Below are positions 39,260-40,231 of a DNA stretch of 40,231 nucleotides, piece by piece. Numbering within the stretch: the stretch's first letter is position 1; the number at the start of each line of letters is the position of its first letter. Under the pieces are notes generated by a model. It made no database searches. It was given only the letters and a program-made list of their open reading frames with translations, and had not been told where the DNA came from. The translations under genes were made by a program, and so were the position numbers. The stretch spans positions 1-40,231 of the IMG/VR virus record IMGVR_UViG_3300017694_000010; one strand, given 5' to 3'. This DNA comes from a virus.

Positions 39260-40231
39260 ATGAGCGCCACGACGAGCCCCGTCCGCATCTCGAACCTGAC
39301 GCCCTATCCTGGCCCGCTGCAGGGCGTGGGCGACATGCCGCTGGATGATGGCGCCAACGCCTACAAGGTCAGCCCGCCGGTTCTCGCGGCCTACTCCGTG
39401 GGTAAGGCCGAGGCCTACAACAACGGCCTGGTCAATGCGCTGGACCGGTCTGTGGCCGGGCGGCTGCGCGAGGCGGTGTCAGTCTGGGACTTCCTGCCCA
39501 CCAGCGCGCAGACGTTGATCGAAAGCGGCGCCCGGTTCGACATCACCGACGCTTTCCAGAAGGCGATGGCGGCTGGCCGGCGCTCGGTCGTGCTCCCCCC
39601 AGGCAACTACCACGTCGGCGGGCAGATCAGCTTTGGGCGGTCGGAGCAGGCGCTGATCATGAACGGCGCCAATATCTCGGCGGCCGGCACCTTCGACCTG
39701 TTCTCCGTCCGTGGCGTCGATAACTGTATGCTGGAGGGCGGCTTCGTCGACGCTGGGGGCCTGAATGGTACCACCGTGAAGGTGGCGTTGGCGGGCCGGA
39801 CCCGGCTCGCTCGCTTGCAGGTCAACAATGCCCTCAGGGGCGTGCTGATGGCCGGCGTCAACAATGTCACCATGTACGACCTCAACTTTGGCGGGATCCG
39901 GGGGGAGTTCGGCTACCGGGTGACGCACGAGGGTCCGGTCAAGACCGACATCGTCCGCATGTATGCCTGTGGCGCGACTGGCACGGATGCGTCCGCGCTG
40001 GCCGGCATGGTTGGCCTCCACCTGCTGGGCGACGCGGCCTCCGTCGAGGCCTACGGCGTTCACTTCGTCCGCCCTGGAATCGGCCTGCTGTCCGAGACGT
40101 TCGAGGGTCGCACCCCGTTTGGCTTCAATGCCACCTCCTTTGCCGCGGCGGACTTCTCGGCCTTCCAGAACGTGTGGCTGAAGGCCGGGTCCAAGTTCTA
40201 CTTCGGCGTGGGGTTCTACGGCCACGCGGCG
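39260..40231 (+). CDS. Tailspike / tail fibre with pectate-lyase-like beta-helix, N-terminal part (continues at nt 1 after circularisation; about 676 aa in total)
   Basis: Manual translation from ATG 39260 (ACGGAG 9 nt upstream) is open to the window end: MSATTSPVRISNLTPYPGPL...VSVWDFLPTSAQTLIESGARFDITDAFQKAMAAGRRSVVLPPGNYHVGGQISF... This matches the N-terminal signature of pectate-lyase-3 type phage depolymerases. Not in the ORF track because there is no stop inside the window. Confidence 0.7.
   Translation, partial: MSATTSPVRISNLTPYPGPLQGVGDMPLDDGANAYKVSPPVLAAYSVGKAEAYNNGLVNALDRSVAGRLREAVSVWDFLPTSAQTLIESGARFDITDAFQKAMAAGRRSVVLPPGNYHVGGQISFGRSEQALIMNGANISAAGTFDLFSVRGVDNCMLEGGFVDAGGLNGTTVKVALAGRTRLARLQVNNALRGVLMAGVNNVTMYDLNFGGIRGEFGYRVTHEGPVKTDIVRMYACGATGTDASALAGMVGLHLLGDAASVEAYGVHFVRPGIGLLSETFEGRTPFGFNATSFAAADFSAFQNVWLKAGSKFYFGVGFYGHAA
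40109..40231. repeat. Terminal direct repeat, copy 2
   Basis: Exact copy of nt 1-123. The reading frame of the tailspike ORF is preserved across it. Confidence 0.95.

Larger units (their letters stand above)
1..40108. mobile_element. Complete temperate phage genome (podovirus-like; P22-type tail hub, N4-gp56-type capsid), circularly closed
   Basis: Integrase plus attP, repressor/cro switch, RecT module, replication module, terS-terL-portal-scaffold-MCP, gp10-like hub, tailspikes and lysis cassette are all present. No tape-measure, tube or sheath genes. Exact 123-nt overlap of the two contig ends. Confidence 0.85.

Noticed and set aside
1-40231. Diversity-generating retroelement (checked because of the broad resemblance to temperate podoviruses such as BPP-1)
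   Set aside because: No reverse-transcriptase-like ORF (no YxDD-type motif seen), and no template/variable repeat pair noticed near the fibre genes.
1-40231. CRISPR arrays, rRNA, complete tRNA genes, transposases or IS elements
   Set aside because: No regularly spaced repeat-spacer structure, no rRNA-like sequence and no transposase motifs were seen. The only tRNA-like sequence is the partial one at attP.

Overview
The window is one complete, circularly closed genome of a GC-rich temperate, podovirus-like phage. The last 123 nt repeat the first 123 nt exactly, giving a 40,108 bp unit, and one tailspike gene (39260 -> junction -> 1182) runs across the contig ends.

The layout is lambdoid/P22-like:
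- Late operon (+): terS, terL, portal, scaffold, N4-gp56-type major capsid protein, adaptor-region proteins, a beta-helix tailspike, a P22 gp10-like tail hub and a tail-collar protein. Two cupin-fold oxygenase-like genes follow, then three large Ala/Gly/Gln-rich proteins with the sizes and position of P22 ejection proteins. The operon ends with a second fibre module (collagen-like protein, second beta-helix fibre, 718-aa depolymerase-like protein) and a lysis cassette.
- attP: a 3-prime fragment of tRNA-Thr(GGU) next to a tyrosine integrase and an Xis-like gene.
- Leftward early operon (-): Gp157-like protein, RecT, DEDDh exonuclease, DUF3310 protein and small ORFs.
- Immunity switch: a short XRE repressor divergent from a Cro/YdaS-like gene, with repeated GTGCAC operators.
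- Rightward early operon (+): DUF1064-like nuclease, a DUF1376 replication protein with 11-bp iterons inside it, a Lar-like fusion and many small coupled ORFs.

No tape-measure, tube or sheath genes, rRNA, full tRNA, CRISPR array or reverse transcriptase were seen.

Items worth follow-up:
- An Asp/Asn-hydroxylase-like plus cupin gene pair inside the tail module of a phage that also encodes a collagen-like fibre.
- An N-terminal peptide module shared by three otherwise different virion-module ORFs.
- Three reverse-strand morons wedged into the late operon: a lipoprotein, a 2-TM protein, and a lower-GC gene with its own near-consensus promoter.
- A leftward early promoter whose 17-nt spacer is exactly one operator pair.
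- A candidate origin built from the in-gene iterons.
- A sequence motif repeated upstream of the scaffold and capsid genes.
- An intrinsic terminator immediately upstream of terS.

All family assignments come from motif recognition by eye and need HMM or structure searches.
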